A stretch of DNA of 64,000 nt from an uncultured Chloroflexia bacterium (GCA_963720755.1 CAVRGP010000008.1:32001-96000), one strand, 5' to 3'; positions 50,350-60,798 are shown, counted from the stretch's first letter. The notes: generated by a model from the letters alone, not told the origin. A program made the numbers and translations.

Positions 50350-51281
50350 GCGCGGCCTCGAGCCTGACGCCGCTCCGCCGCGTCCAGTTCGGCGAGCGTC
50401 GGCATGCCCTCGCGTGCGCCGGCGCGGGTGACCGCGATCGACGCGGCCAGCACCGCCCGACCGACCGCCTCCATGAGGTCGCTGCCGGCAGCGAGCCCCG
50501 CGGCCAGGGCCCCATTGAGCGTGTCGCCGGCACCCACGCTGTCGACCGCGGCGACCCGGGCCGGCTTGAACGCGCGAGTTCGCCGCCCAGCGAGCAGGAA
50601 GACTCCCTTCGGGCCGAGGCTGACGCAGACCGCCCGAGCCCCGGGGTTCGGGCCGACCAGTCGCTTGGCGCGCGCCGACACGGACCCCGATGCACCGGCG
50701 ATGATCGCCAGTTCACCCTCGTTCGGCGTCAGGATGTCGGCGAGCGCCAGGGTCGGTGCCTCCAGGCCCCCCGCCGGGGCCGGGTTGAGGATGGTCGTGG
50801 CGCCGGCCAGCCGAGCCAGCCGAAGCGCCTCGTGGGTGGCGCCTGTCCGGATCTCGTGTCCGACCAGGACGACATCGCCGGCCGTGAGCTCGAGGCGCTT
50901 CATGGCTGCCCGGACCTGGACCGAGGTGAGGGCGGCATTGGCTCCGCCCGCGACGGCGATGCTGTTTTCACCCGCGGTGTCCACGACGATGAGGGCGACG
51001 CCGGTCGGTTCTGACGGGTGTGTCACCAACCCGTCGACATCGACACCTTCCGCCACGAGCGCTGCCCGCGCCTCGACCCCGAACGCGTCGTCGCCCACCG
51101 CGCCGACGAAGCTGGTCCTGGCCCCGAGTCGCGCAGCGGCGACAGCCTGGTTGCCACCCTTCCCGCCATGGTGACGGGCGAACCGGCCTCCGACGACGGT
51201 CTCGCCCGGGGCCGGGAGGTACTCCGTCGTGACGACGAGATCGACGTTGACCGATCCGACGACGATGACCCGGCCGCTCAC
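50346..51281 (-). CDS. rbsK: Ribokinase (PfkB family)
   Basis: GSVNVDLV, GGKGGNQAVAAARLG, LNPAP, PNEGE, DSVGAGDT. Confidence 0.85.
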   Translation of the reverse strand: MSGRVIVVGSVNVDLVVTTEYLPAPGETVVGGRFARHHGGKGGNQAVAAARLGARTSFVGAVGDDAFGVEARAALVAEGVDVDGLVTHPSEPTGVALIVVDTAGENSIAVAGGANAALTSVQVRAAMKRLELTAGDVVLVGHEIRTGATHEALRLARLAGATTILNPAPAGGLEAPTLALADILTPNEGELAIIAGASGSVSARAKRLVGPNPGARAVCVSLGPKGVFLLAGRRTRAFKPARVAAVDSVGAGDTLNGALAAGLAAGSDLMEAVGRAVLAASIAVTRAGAREGMPTLAELDAAERRQARGRA

Positions 51282-51287
51282 CGTGGT

Positions 51288-52109
51288 CTACGAGCCCGTG
51301 ATGAATTCGCCGCCGTCGACGCTGATGATGTCGCCGTTGATGAACTCGGTCCCGTCGCCGGACAGGGTCAGGATCGCGTCGGCCACGTCCTGCGGCGTGG
51401 TCATCCGCCCGGTCGGGTTCCGCTTCATCGTGATGTCGATCATCGTCTGGGATTCCGGGATCTTCAGCAGGGCCGGGGTGATCGTGACGCCGGCCCGGAT
51501 GCAGTTGGCCGTTGCCCCCGTGTCGTGCCGGGCGAGCTCCATCGCCAGCTGGCGCACATGCGACTCGAGGGCCGCCTTCGCGGATGAGACGACACCGTAG
51601 GAGGGGACGACCCGGGTGGAGCCCTCGGAGGTCATCGCGTAGATCTTCGTTCCACGCCCGAGGAACCCACCGCGCCACAGATCCTGGACCCAGTAGACGA
51701 GGCTGTTGGCCATCACGTCCTGGGTCATCTCCATCTTCTTGCGATCGACCGCTCCCTTCGGGTCCTCGCTCAGGTATGGCACGAGCGAGCCGAAAGCGAG
51801 CGAGTGCATGACGACCCGGACATACGGTTCGCGACCGTCCGCCCGGGAACGCTCGAACCGCTCACCGAGCGTCGCGAGTGCGGACGCCCGCTTCTCGTCG
51901 TCGGCCGCGTTCATGTTGATGTACAGGGCCTCGACCCCGGCCGCCTCGATGGCCTCCTTGACCTCCCCGACATGCGCGAGGGCCGCCCGGAAGTCGAGGT
52001 GGATCCCGCAGATGTTGTAGCCGGCCTTCGCGAGCGTGATGGCGGTCGCCTCGCCCATCCCGGACGAGCCCCCCAGGATCAGCGCCCAGCGCTCGCGATC
52101 GTCGGTCAT
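51288..52109 (-). CDS. SDR oxidoreductase (FabL-like enoyl-ACP reductase)
   Basis: LGGSSGMG, YxxxxxxK (YGVVSSAK), I.VDGG. Confidence 0.85.
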   Translation of the reverse strand: MTDDRERWALILGGSSGMGEATAITLAKAGYNICGIHLDFRAALAHVGEVKEAIEAAGVEALYINMNAADDEKRASALATLGERFERSRADGREPYVRVVMHSLAFGSLVPYLSEDPKGAVDRKKMEMTQDVMANSLVYWVQDLWRGGFLGRGTKIYAMTSEGSTRVVPSYGVVSSAKAALESHVRQLAMELARHDTGATANCIRAGVTITPALLKIPESQTMIDITMKRNPTGRMTTPQDVADAILTLSGDGTEFINGDIISVDGGEFITGS

Positions 52110-52277
52110 TCGGGTGTCTCCTCGATGGTGGGGGTCGTTCGACCGAGTCTAGCAGCGGGCTCGCCGGCCCTTGCCCCTGGTCCATGCATCGATGCACCGC
52201 AGATCGTGCTTGACGAACACGGCCGATGGACTATATTTTGGTAGTTCCCTAATGAGGGGGTAAGCGAAATCAACCGC

Positions 52278-52541
52278 GTGTATCGAGCCCTGGCGGACCC
52301 CACCCGGCGTCGGGTCCTGTCGCTCCTGCGGGAGCGCGACATGACCGCCGGCGAACTCGCCGCGCAGTTCGACCTGGCCTGGCCGACGATGTCCGGCCAT
52401 TTCAGCGTGCTCCGCGAAGCCGACCTGATCGCGGCCGACAAGGTCGGCACGACGATCACTTATCACCTCAACCTGTCCGTCCTGGAGGAAGCGATGTCCG
52501 CGCTCCTTGACGCATTCCGGATCCAGCCCAAGGAGTCGTGA
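52278..52541 (+). CDS. ArsR/SdpR-family repressor
   Basis: ALADPTRRRVL, MTAGELA, SGHFSVL, YHLNLSVLEE. Confidence 0.9.
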   Translation: MYRALADPTRRRVLSLLRERDMTAGELAAQFDLAWPTMSGHFSVLREADLIAADKVGTTITYHLNLSVLEEAMSALLDAFRIQPKES

Positions 52542-53209
52542 TGGATCGCCGTCGCCTGGTCATCTTCAGCGCCGTCGTCATCGGCGCGATGCTGTTGCTC
52601 AGCACGTGGGCCTGGCTGAGTCTGCCGGCCGACGCCCAGGTCCCCATCCATTGGGGCGTGGACGGCCAGGCGAATGGCTTCGCAAACAAGACGCTCGGGC
52701 TCTTCCTGGTGCCGCTGATCACGATCGGTCTGGCTGCCCTGATGTGGGTCATCCCCGTGATCGAGCCCCGCCGCGCCAACTTCGAGAAGTCCGGCAAGGC
52801 GTATGCGGCGATCTGGGTCGGGCTGATCCTGTTGATGGCGGTGATCGAGGTCGTGACCGTGGCGGCCGCGATGGGACTTGCCTTCGACGTTTCCGCGCTC
52901 GTGTTCGCCGGAACCGGCATCCTGTTCGTCGTGATCGGCAACTACCTGCCCAAGATCCGATCGAATTACCTGATGGGGATCCGGACCCCGTGGACGCTGA
53001 CGAGTGACCTGTCGTGGACGAAGACCCACCGGTTGGGCGGCCGGTTGTTCGTCATCGGGGGGATCGCATTCATCGTGCTGGCGCTCGTCCGACCCGCGCC
53101 CGGGGTCCTGTTCGCCCTGCTGATGGGTGGCATGATCCTGCTGGTCGTCGTCCTGTTCGCGTACTCGTACCAGGTCTGGAAGACCGATCCGGACCGTCGT
53201 GAATCGTGA
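52538..53209 (+). CDS. SdpI-family immunity membrane protein
   Basis: VPIHWG..GQANG, GNYLPK..N...GIRTPWTL....W.KTHR. Confidence 0.9.
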   Translation: MMDRRRLVIFSAVVIGAMLLLSTWAWLSLPADAQVPIHWGVDGQANGFANKTLGLFLVPLITIGLAALMWVIPVIEPRRANFEKSGKAYAAIWVGLILLMAVIEVVTVAAAMGLAFDVSALVFAGTGILFVVIGNYLPKIRSNYLMGIRTPWTLTSDLSWTKTHRLGGRLFVIGGIAFIVLALVRPAPGVLFALLMGGMILLVVVLFAYSYQVWKTDPDRRES

Positions 53210-53221
53210 GGTACTGGCCAA

Positions 53222-53416
53222 TTGAATGAGATCTTGCTCCTCGTCCTGCCGATCCTCATCATCGAGATCGGCTTGATCATCTTCGCCCTGCGCGACCTGC
53301 TCCGCCCGGAACGGCGCGTCCGCGGCGACAGCAAGCTCATGTGGGGGATCATCGTCGTCCTGTTCGGGTTCATCGGGCCGATCGTGTACTTCATCGTCGG
53401 GCGGGAGCCGGAGTGA
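53222..53416 (+). CDS. PLDc_N-domain small membrane protein
   Basis: AL.DL...K.MW...V..F..IGPI.YF..GR. Confidence 0.85.
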   Translation: MNEILLLVLPILIIEIGLIIFALRDLLRPERRVRGDSKLMWGIIVVLFGFIGPIVYFIVGREPE

Positions 53417-54426
53417 CCGCACCTGGCCCGGCCCCCGCGGATGCAAGGCAGTCTTCGCCGGTCGGCGTCGCCTGTCGCGGCCTGACCAAACGGTTCGGCG
53501 GCGCCCGGGGCGTGCTTGCGGTCGATGGCCTCGACCTGGATGTGCCGGCCGGATCCGTGTTCGGTCTCCTCGGGCCGAACGGCGCGGGCAAGACCACGAC
53601 GCTTCGGCTGATCACCGGGCTGGCCCGCCCGACCGGCGGGAGCGTCAGCATCGATGACCGCCCCGTCGCTTCGGATGGGTCTGCGGCGCGTCGCGGGATC
53701 GGGGTCCTCGACCAGGATCCGCGCTACTACGGGTGGATGACCGGACAGGAGCTGGTCGAGTTGGCCGGCCGGCTGCAGGGCCTGTCGAATGCGGACGCGC
53801 GCGCTCGGGCACGATCCACCCTGGAGGTCGTCGGGCTGGCCGACGCGGCCCGGCGACGGGTGTCGGGCTACTCGGGCGGTATGCGCCAGCGTCTCGGGAT
53901 CGCCCAGGCCCTCGTGGCCGGGCCACGGCTGCTCATCCTCGACGAACCGGTGAGCGCGCTCGACCCGGAAGGCCGCCGCGACCTCCTGGCCCTCATCGCG
54001 GAGCTGCGGGAGAGCGCGACCGTCATCTTCTCGACCCATGTCCTCGCCGACGTCGAACGGATCTGCGACCGGGTCGGGATCATGGATCGAGGGCGGCTGG
54101 TGACGGAGGCACCGCTCCAGGAGCTTCTCGCACGATACGCCCAACCCGTCTACACGATCGAGGCAGAACCGGGTCAGCATGACCTCGTCACGGCGCTCGT
54201 CGCGACATTGCGAGCGACACCCTGGGTCCACGCGGTGGAGCGGAACGAACAGCTCGATCGATTGACCGTGTCGGTGACCGATGAGTCGGCCGCATCGGCC
54301 GGGCTGCTGCCGCTGGTGGCGGCAGCGATGGTCCGGGTGATGGTCTTCGAACGGGCTCGCCCGACCCTCGAGGACGTGTTTCTCCGTCTCGTCGGCCGGG
54401 ATCCGCCAGAAGGAGCGGCGGCATGA
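53413..54426 (+). CDS. ABC-2 exporter ATP-binding protein
   Basis: GPNGAGKTT, YSGGMRQRLG, LDEP, STH, TLEDVF. Confidence 0.92.
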   Translation: MTAPGPAPADARQSSPVGVACRGLTKRFGGARGVLAVDGLDLDVPAGSVFGLLGPNGAGKTTTLRLITGLARPTGGSVSIDDRPVASDGSAARRGIGVLDQDPRYYGWMTGQELVELAGRLQGLSNADARARARSTLEVVGLADAARRRVSGYSGGMRQRLGIAQALVAGPRLLILDEPVSALDPEGRRDLLALIAELRESATVIFSTHVLADVERICDRVGIMDRGRLVTEAPLQELLARYAQPVYTIEAEPGQHDLVTALVATLRATPWVHAVERNEQLDRLTVSVTDESAASAGLLPLVAAAMVRVMVFERARPTLEDVFLRLVGRDPPEGAAA

Positions 54427-55193
54427 GCGGGATGACGACCCTCGTCCGCAAGGAGTGGCTGGAGTCGTGGCGAACCTATCGACTGCCGGTCGTGGCCGCC
54501 CTGTTCCTCATCGTCGGACTCACCTCGCCGCTCCTCGCCAAGTACCTCCCGGAGATCGTCAAGGCTGCCGGCGGCGATCAGCTCGGCAGTGTCGACATCC
54601 CGACCCCGGTCCCGGCCGACGCGGTGCTCCAGCTGTGGAAGAACCTGGGGCAGTTCGGCGCGTTCGCCGCGATCATCCTGGCGATGGGGGCGGTCGCGAC
54701 GGAACGTGACCGCGGGACGGCGGCGTTCATCCTGTCCAAGACGGTCTCGCGGGGCAGCTTCCTCGCGGCCAAGGTCGTCGCCCTGGGCACGGTGCTCGTC
54801 GTCGCCGTCGTCCTCGCCGTGGTCGTCGCCTGGATCTACACCGCGGTCCTGTTCGAGCCCCAGCCGATCGGTGGCTGGGTCGGACTGGCCATCCTTGCCT
54901 GGTTGAGCCTCGCGGCCTGGGCGGCGGTGACGTTCCTCGGGAGCACGGTGACCGGTTCGGCCGCCGCGGCAGCGGGGATCGGGTTCCTGGGGTTCATCGT
55001 CATCTCGATCGTGTCCGCGATCCCGAACGTCGGCCGCTTCACCCCGGGCGGATTGACCGATCCTGCCATCGCCATGGCGACCGGGGCACCGGTCGATGCC
55101 GGCGACATCGCCTCGTCCGTCGGCGCCACGATCGTCCTGATCGTGGCGTGCCTGGCGGCTGCCGCATGGTCATTCCGCCGTCAGGAGCTGTGA
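54423..55193 (+). CDS. ABC-2 exporter permease
   Basis: RKEWLE, E.DRGT...ILSK...R...L.AK, FRRQEL. Confidence 0.9.
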   Translation: MSGMTTLVRKEWLESWRTYRLPVVAALFLIVGLTSPLLAKYLPEIVKAAGGDQLGSVDIPTPVPADAVLQLWKNLGQFGAFAAIILAMGAVATERDRGTAAFILSKTVSRGSFLAAKVVALGTVLVVAVVLAVVVAWIYTAVLFEPQPIGGWVGLAILAWLSLAAWAAVTFLGSTVTGSAAAAAGIGFLGFIVISIVSAIPNVGRFTPGGLTDPAIAMATGAPVDAGDIASSVGATIVLIVACLAAAAWSFRRQEL

Positions 55194-55205
55194 CGCCGGA
55201 GCGGG

Positions 55206-56447
55206 TCAGATGATCCGATCTGCTCGTAGGGCGCGCACCTCATCCGCCGTGTAGCCGAGTCCCGCAAGGACCGCGTCGGTGTCCTGACCCAGGGTCGGTG
55301 GCGGCGTGCGGATCGAACCTGGCGTCCGGGACAGGCGGAGCGGGATCCCGACCTGACGGATGACTCCCCACGCGGGATGGTCGTGTTCGACGATCATCCC
55401 GAGCGCCCGGGCCTCGGGCGTCTCGAACGCGGCGACGACATCGTTGATCGGGCCGCACGGGATCTCGGCGCCGTCGAGCGCGGCAAGCCACGAGGCCGTC
55501 GACGCCGTGGCGAACCGTTCGGCCAGGATCGGTCGAAGGACGGACCGACGCTCCACCCGGTCCCCGTTGGACCCGAAACGCGGATCCGTGGCGAGGTCGG
55601 GGACGCCGAGGGCGGCGCAGAAGCGGGGCCACTGGCGCTCCGACCCGACCGCGATCGCGATGGCTCCGTCCGATGTCGCGAACGTCTCGTACGGAACGAT
55701 GTTCGGATGAGCGTTGCCCAGCCGACCGGGCGCCGTGCCGGTGACGAAGGCGTTCTGTGCCTGGTTGACGAGCACGGCGAGGGTCGCGCCGAGGAGCGAC
55801 ACGTCGATCCGCTGGCCACGGCCGGACGTGGGCCCGTCGGCTCGCTCGCGTCCGAGGAGAGCGGCCAGGATCCCGATCGCGCCGAACATCCCCGACACGA
55901 CGTCGCTGATCGCGACGCCGACTTTGGTGGGACCGCCGCCCTCGCTGTCCGGGGTACCGGTGATGGACATCAGGCCGCTCATGGCCTGGACGACGAAGTC
56001 GTAGCCGGGGCGATCGGCCCCGGGACCGGTCGTCCCGTACCCGGAGATCGCCAGGTGGACGAGGTTCGGGTTCAACCGGCGAATGGACTCGTCGTCGAAG
56101 CCCAACCGCGCGAAGCCACCGACCCGGAAGTTCTCGACCAGGACATCGCCCGACCCGATGAGACGCCGGAGCACGTCCGCACCGGCCGGGGTCTTGAGGT
56201 CGAGCCGGATGCCGCGCTTGTTCCGGTTCACCGCCAGGAAGTAGGCGGCCGTCCTCGGCCCAGCGGTGCCGGGGCCGACCCAGGGCGGACCCCAGCCACG
56301 AGTCGCGTCGCCGCCCGGTGGCTCGACCTTGATGACCTCCGCACCGAGATCGCCAAGGAGCATCGTGCAGTACGGCCCAGCCAGCACCGTCGAGGCATCG
56401 ATGACGCGGAAGCCGGTCAGTGGCCCACCGGCGGGTCGATCGTCCAT
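55206..56447 (-). CDS. CaiB/BaiF family III CoA-transferase
   Basis: LAGPY, DLGAEVIKVE, NRNKR, VENFR, ISGYG, GYDF, PP.LGQDT. Confidence 0.92.
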   Translation of the reverse strand: MDDRPAGGPLTGFRVIDASTVLAGPYCTMLLGDLGAEVIKVEPPGGDATRGWGPPWVGPGTAGPRTAAYFLAVNRNKRGIRLDLKTPAGADVLRRLIGSGDVLVENFRVGGFARLGFDDESIRRLNPNLVHLAISGYGTTGPGADRPGYDFVVQAMSGLMSITGTPDSEGGGPTKVGVAISDVVSGMFGAIGILAALLGRERADGPTSGRGQRIDVSLLGATLAVLVNQAQNAFVTGTAPGRLGNAHPNIVPYETFATSDGAIAIAVGSERQWPRFCAALGVPDLATDPRFGSNGDRVERRSVLRPILAERFATASTASWLAALDGAEIPCGPINDVVAAFETPEARALGMIVEHDHPAWGVIRQVGIPLRLSRTPGSIRTPPPTLGQDTDAVLAGLGYTADEVRALRADRII

Positions 56448-56509
56448 CGCGCCCGATGGTAGCGGGGTGGCTCGGCTACCGGATGGGCGGGGTGCGTTAG
56501 CATCGGCCG

Positions 56510-57433
56510 ATGACCGATCCGACTGCGGGCCATCGCCCGACCCTGATGACCGTCCATGCCCACCCAGACGACGAAACGATCGGGACTGGCGGGGTGATGG
56601 CAAAAGCCGTGGCGGACGGACGCAGAGTCGTGCTCATCACCTGCACCCGCGGGGAGATGGGCGAGATCGTCGTCCCCGAGATGGACACGCCCGACAACCA
56701 CCGACGGCTGGGAGAGCTGCGGGCCGGGGAGCTCGAGCGAGCCATGGGCCGGCTGGGCGTGACCGAGTGGGAGAACCTCGGGTACCACGACTCGGACATG
56801 ATGGGCCGAGCCGGGAACCGGGATCCACGCGCGTTCTGGAACGCCGACCTCGACGAGGCGACCGGCCGGCTGGTCTGGTTCGTCCGCCGGTATCAGCCCG
56901 ACGTGATGACGACCTACAACGACTTCGGCGGCTACGGCCACCCCGACCACATCCGGAGCCACGACGTCGCGGTCCGCGCGTTCGACCGAGCGGGGGATCC
57001 CGCCTGGTACCCGGAGCAGCTGGAAGCCGACGACGTCGAGCTGTGGACCCCGTCGAAACTCTATGAGCAGGCCATCCCGGCATCCGTCCGCGACAAGATG
57101 GAGACGCGGATGCGCGAGTCCGGTCGGCAGAGCTTCTGGTCACCCGCGGACGACGCCACACCGGAGCAGATCGCCGAGATGGAGGAGTTCGCCGCCAGGA
57201 TGCTCGTCCCCGACGAGTCGATCACGACCTGGATCGACGTCTCAGGGGCACCGCTCCAGGCAAAGTGGGATGCGATGCACGAGCATGTGACCCAGATCAG
57301 CGCCGACAGCCCGTTCATGATGCTGGGCTTCGACGGCTGGCGCGAAGGCTGGGGCAACGAGGCCTATATCCTGCGTGAGTCACGGATCGGATCGAGCCTG
57401 CCCGAGACGGATCTGTTCGCGGGGATCGTCTAG
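56510..57433 (+). CDS. PIG-L family deacetylase (MshB/Mca-like)
   Basis: HAHPDDE, CTRGE.GE, DSDM.G, GGYGHPDHI, DLFAGI. Confidence 0.9.
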   Translation: MTDPTAGHRPTLMTVHAHPDDETIGTGGVMAKAVADGRRVVLITCTRGEMGEIVVPEMDTPDNHRRLGELRAGELERAMGRLGVTEWENLGYHDSDMMGRAGNRDPRAFWNADLDEATGRLVWFVRRYQPDVMTTYNDFGGYGHPDHIRSHDVAVRAFDRAGDPAWYPEQLEADDVELWTPSKLYEQAIPASVRDKMETRMRESGRQSFWSPADDATPEQIAEMEEFAARMLVPDESITTWIDVSGAPLQAKWDAMHEHVTQISADSPFMMLGFDGWREGWGNEAYILRESRIGSSLPETDLFAGIV

Positions 57434-57454
57434 CGACCGGCTAGCCCGGGTCGC

Positions 57455-59119
57455 TCACCAGGGCAGCAACCCCTTCGAGGCCGTGAAGACCTGGCCCATG
57501 ACGACCTTGCCGTCACCGGCCGGGTCGAGGAAGTTCGGCTGGGCCTTGTCGAGGATGATGTGCGGCCGGATGTGGATCTGGACGAGCTTCGTACCCCGGA
57601 AGGTGAGCTCGAGGGTGATGCCCTCCATCGTCGGCTCTGACCAGGTCTGGTCGAAGACGAGGTTCCCGAGCGCGTACCAGATCGGCTTGCCCTTGTAGAT
57701 CTCCATCGCCGCCGCCCAGTGGGCGTGGTTGCCGATGACCATGTCGGCGCCGTTGTCGATGATCATCCGGGCGAGCTTCGTCTGCCGTGCGAACGGCGTC
57801 GGGTCGTACTCCGTGCCCCAGTGCGGATAGACGATGACGAGGTCCGCCCCGGCCTTTCGGGCGGCCGCCACGTCCACCTTGACGTTCCTGGCGGTCAGCG
57901 GAGCGCTCCCGACCTTGTCCGGAGTCGCGTGGTAGTAGCCGGCGATCGCGTCGTAGCCGAGGACAGCGACCTTGACCCCGCCTGCTTCCAGGATGGCCGG
58001 TCGGCGAGCAGCCGCCAGGTCCTTGCCGGCTCCCGATACCGCGATCCCGTGCTTCTTGACGTTCTTGATGGTCTGGAGGAGACCGGCGGCCCCGGCATCG
58101 CGGATGTGGTTGTTGGCGAGGGACAGGTAGTCGAAGCCCGCATCGGCGAGACCGCTGATGAGCGCGGGATCGGCCGAGAACACGGTTCCGGAGGTATGCC
58201 AGCTCGACTTGTTCGGGGCCGGGTTCTCGAAGTTGGCCATCGCGATGTCCGCGCTCGAGATGAGTGACCGGACGGCACCCGCGTCGCCCGTGCGCTGGGT
58301 CCGAGGGACGTCCCAGCCGAATGCGGAACAGCAGACGCGCGCCGTGATCTCTGCCGTCCCGCCATCGAACGGGAAGTCCGCGCCTTTGCCGTTGACCTCC
58401 AGGGTCTGGTAGACGCCTCGATCGAGCATGATGTCGCCGCCGGCGAACAGCGTCCACGTGGTTGCCGGATCGTAGGCATCGGCAGCCGCCGGCTCGGGCA
58501 ACCGAGCGGTCAGGGGCCAGACGCCGAGCTTCTTGACCCGATCGACCCCGAACAGGGCCTTATCGCCCCACGCGAGAGCGCGAACATCCGGACCGACCGC
58601 ATCGGCGCGCAGGAAGGCGAGGCGCTTCCGGTTCTCGGCCAGGTCGGTCGCCAGCCTGGCCGCATCGCGGGCGACCACGAGGCGCGACGGATCGTCGGGA
58701 CGAGCCAGGTCGAGCGCGCTGAGGATGGCGTCAGCCTCGCCCTTCACCAGTTCGAGCGCTGCATAGCGGCTGCTCGTCCCGGCCAGAACCGCGGCGACCT
58801 CCTTGCGGGTGGTCGACGTCGGCGTCGCCCGGAAGTTCGTCACCGGAACGATCGGAACGTCCGTGATCTGCGCTGCCGGCGCCTCGGTGGGGTCCGCTGA
58901 GGGCGGGTCGGCCGGCGGCGCCGGCGGAACTCCGTGGACGGAACCGGAAGGATTCGGCTCGCTCCCAAGCCCTCCGACGTCGGTGCTGGCGGCAGCGGCC
59001 ATGCTCGGATCCGGCGTCGCCGGCGATCCACCTGCGAGACCGAGCGGGCCGACTGCGACAACGGCGATCAGGACCAGGAGCAGGACGCCGAGCAGGATCG
59101 GCATGGAGCGTCCGTTCAC
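57455..59119 (-). CDS. CapA (PGA_cap)-family metallophosphatase, membrane anchored
   Basis: GGDIMLDR, ANFENP, LANNH, PHWGTEY, GNHAH, YALGNLVFDQ. Confidence 0.9.
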   Translation of the reverse strand: MNGRSMPILLGVLLLVLIAVVAVGPLGLAGGSPATPDPSMAAAASTDVGGLGSEPNPSGSVHGVPPAPPADPPSADPTEAPAAQITDVPIVPVTNFRATPTSTTRKEVAAVLAGTSSRYAALELVKGEADAILSALDLARPDDPSRLVVARDAARLATDLAENRKRLAFLRADAVGPDVRALAWGDKALFGVDRVKKLGVWPLTARLPEPAAADAYDPATTWTLFAGGDIMLDRGVYQTLEVNGKGADFPFDGGTAEITARVCCSAFGWDVPRTQRTGDAGAVRSLISSADIAMANFENPAPNKSSWHTSGTVFSADPALISGLADAGFDYLSLANNHIRDAGAAGLLQTIKNVKKHGIAVSGAGKDLAAARRPAILEAGGVKVAVLGYDAIAGYYHATPDKVGSAPLTARNVKVDVAAARKAGADLVIVYPHWGTEYDPTPFARQTKLARMIIDNGADMVIGNHAHWAAAMEIYKGKPIWYALGNLVFDQTWSEPTMEGITLELTFRGTKLVQIHIRPHIILDKAQPNFLDPAGDGKVVMGQVFTASKGLLPW

Positions 59120-59189
59120 GGGCGGGAGTCTGACAGAGTCCGGCCGGTTCGTCCGACGCGGACCGCCCGAGACCGAGGGCGGGCCGCGG

Positions 59190-59227
59190 GCAGAAGAACG
59201 CCCCGTCCGGGCGGGCGGACGGGGCGT
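59190..59227 (-). terminator. tRNA terminator hairpin
   Basis: ACGCCCCGTCCG...CGGACGGGGCGT followed by TCTTCT on the minus strand. Confidence 0.65.
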
Positions 59228-59242
59228 AGGGAAATGCGTCGA

Positions 59243-59319
59243 TGGCGGACCCGACCGGATTCGAACCGGCGATCTCCAGCGTGACAGGCTGGCATGTTGG
59301 GCCGCTACACCACGGGTCC
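59243..59319 (-). tRNA. tRNA-Asp (GTC)
   Basis: GGACCCG acceptor, CTGTCAC anticodon loop, GGTTCGAATCC T-arm, encoded CCA; 77 nt. Confidence 0.97.
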
Positions 59320-59493
59320 AGTTGCGGCGAGGGCGGAGCATAGCAGAGGCCGCGGGGGTTGTCGTCGGCCGCGGGCCTGCCCGAGCCGAGCCCGAGCTGA
59401 GCCCGCCCCCGCGCCGCCGGGGAGCGAAGGTCGGCATCAGCGAACATACTCCCATCGTCGGGTGGCTTGAGATCCGACCGATCGGGAGCAGTG

Positions 59494-60798
59494 ATGATGA
59501 GCGATACAGGGATCGCGGTCGTGGGTTTGGGCTATGTCGGCCTGCCCCTCGCGATAGCGTTCGCCGAGGCTGGACTGGACGTCCTTGGGATCGATGTCTC
59601 GGAGTCACGGGTCGAGGCTATCGCCGCCCGTCGGTCGCCGATCGACGACGTGACCGATGAGCGGCTGGCGGCGGCGTTCGGACGATCGTTCCGAGTGGCG
59701 ACCCAGGCTGACGCGGATCTCGAAGCGATCGACGCTGTCTTCGTCTGCGTGCCAACCCCGATCAAGCCGACCAAGGACCCGGACCTCGGGCCGGTCCTGG
59801 CGGCCGCCGATTTCATCAAGGGCTGGATCCGGCGCGGTCAGCTCGTCGTCCTTCAATCCACGACCTTCCCCGGTACCACGGTCGGGCCTTTCCGCGCGGT
59901 GATCGAGTCGAGTGGACTGACGGCGGGATCCGATTTCGATCTCGCTTATGCCCCGGAGCGGGTGAACCCCGGGGATGCGGCAAGCGCCTCACGCGCCGTG
60001 CCGCGCCTGGTCGCAGGGACCAACGCGACGGCCACGACCCGGGCCGCCGCCGTCCTGCGGCTCATCAACGATGACGTGATCGAATTGTCGTCCCCGGACA
60101 CCGCGGAGCTGGCCAAACTCCTCGAGAACGTCTTCCGAAACGTCAACATCGCCCTGGTGAACCAGCTGGCCTTGCTGTGCGAACAGATGGGGCTCGACGT
60201 TTGGGAAGTCATCGACGCGGCAGCCACCAAGCCGTTCGGATTCATGCGATTCACGCCGGGTCCCGGCGTCGGCGGCCATTGCATCCCGATCGACCCGTAC
60301 TACCTCTCGTGGCGAGCCCGCGAGTTCGACTTCGTGGATCGCTTCGTCGAACTCGCGGGTGACATCAACCTGTCGATGCCTCGCCATGTGGTCGATCTGG
60401 TCGGGGAGGCCCTAAATGACCGCGGCCGAGCATTGCGTGGCGCCAAGATCGGCATCGTCGGCGTCGCCTTCAAACCCGACGTCCAGGACTGTCGCAACGC
60501 TCCCGCTGCCCAGATCATCGCCGGCCTTACCGACCGGGGCGGCGAGATCCGCTATCACGATCCTCACGTCGCGACGTTCACGGCCGCCGACGGGGTCGGG
60601 CGGGTGAGCCGCGAGCTGGGCGACCTCCTGGACTGGGCCGACGTCATGGTCGTCATCACCGCCCATCGGGCGATCGACTGGGCGACCCTGTACGCGGAGG
60701 CCGGCCTGGTCGTTGATACCGTCAATTCGTCGGCGGCGATGACGACCCGCCCGGGTCAGGTGCTCCGGCTGGGCGCCGGGTGGCTGAACCCGTCTTGA
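59494..60798 (+). CDS. Nucleotide-sugar dehydrogenase (UDP-GlcNAc/ManNAc DH family)
   Basis: GLGYVGLP, CVPTP, STTFPGT, PERVNPG, KLLEN, GGHCIPIDP, AFKPD. Confidence 0.92.
   Translation: MMSDTGIAVVGLGYVGLPLAIAFAEAGLDVLGIDVSESRVEAIAARRSPIDDVTDERLAAAFGRSFRVATQADADLEAIDAVFVCVPTPIKPTKDPDLGPVLAAADFIKGWIRRGQLVVLQSTTFPGTTVGPFRAVIESSGLTAGSDFDLAYAPERVNPGDAASASRAVPRLVAGTNATATTRAAAVLRLINDDVIELSSPDTAELAKLLENVFRNVNIALVNQLALLCEQMGLDVWEVIDAAATKPFGFMRFTPGPGVGGHCIPIDPYYLSWRAREFDFVDRFVELAGDINLSMPRHVVDLVGEALNDRGRALRGAKIGIVGVAFKPDVQDCRNAPAAQIIAGLTDRGGEIRYHDPHVATFTAADGVGRVSRELGDLLDWADVMVVITAHRAIDWATLYAEAGLVVDTVNSSAAMTTRPGQVLRLGAGWLNPS

Noticed and set aside
52232-52256. AT-rich putative SdpR operator
   Set aside because: Palindrome too imperfect to call from sequence alone
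59243-59319. tRNA-Asp as an active integration site
   Set aside because: No integrase and no duplicated tRNA 3' end seen in the window
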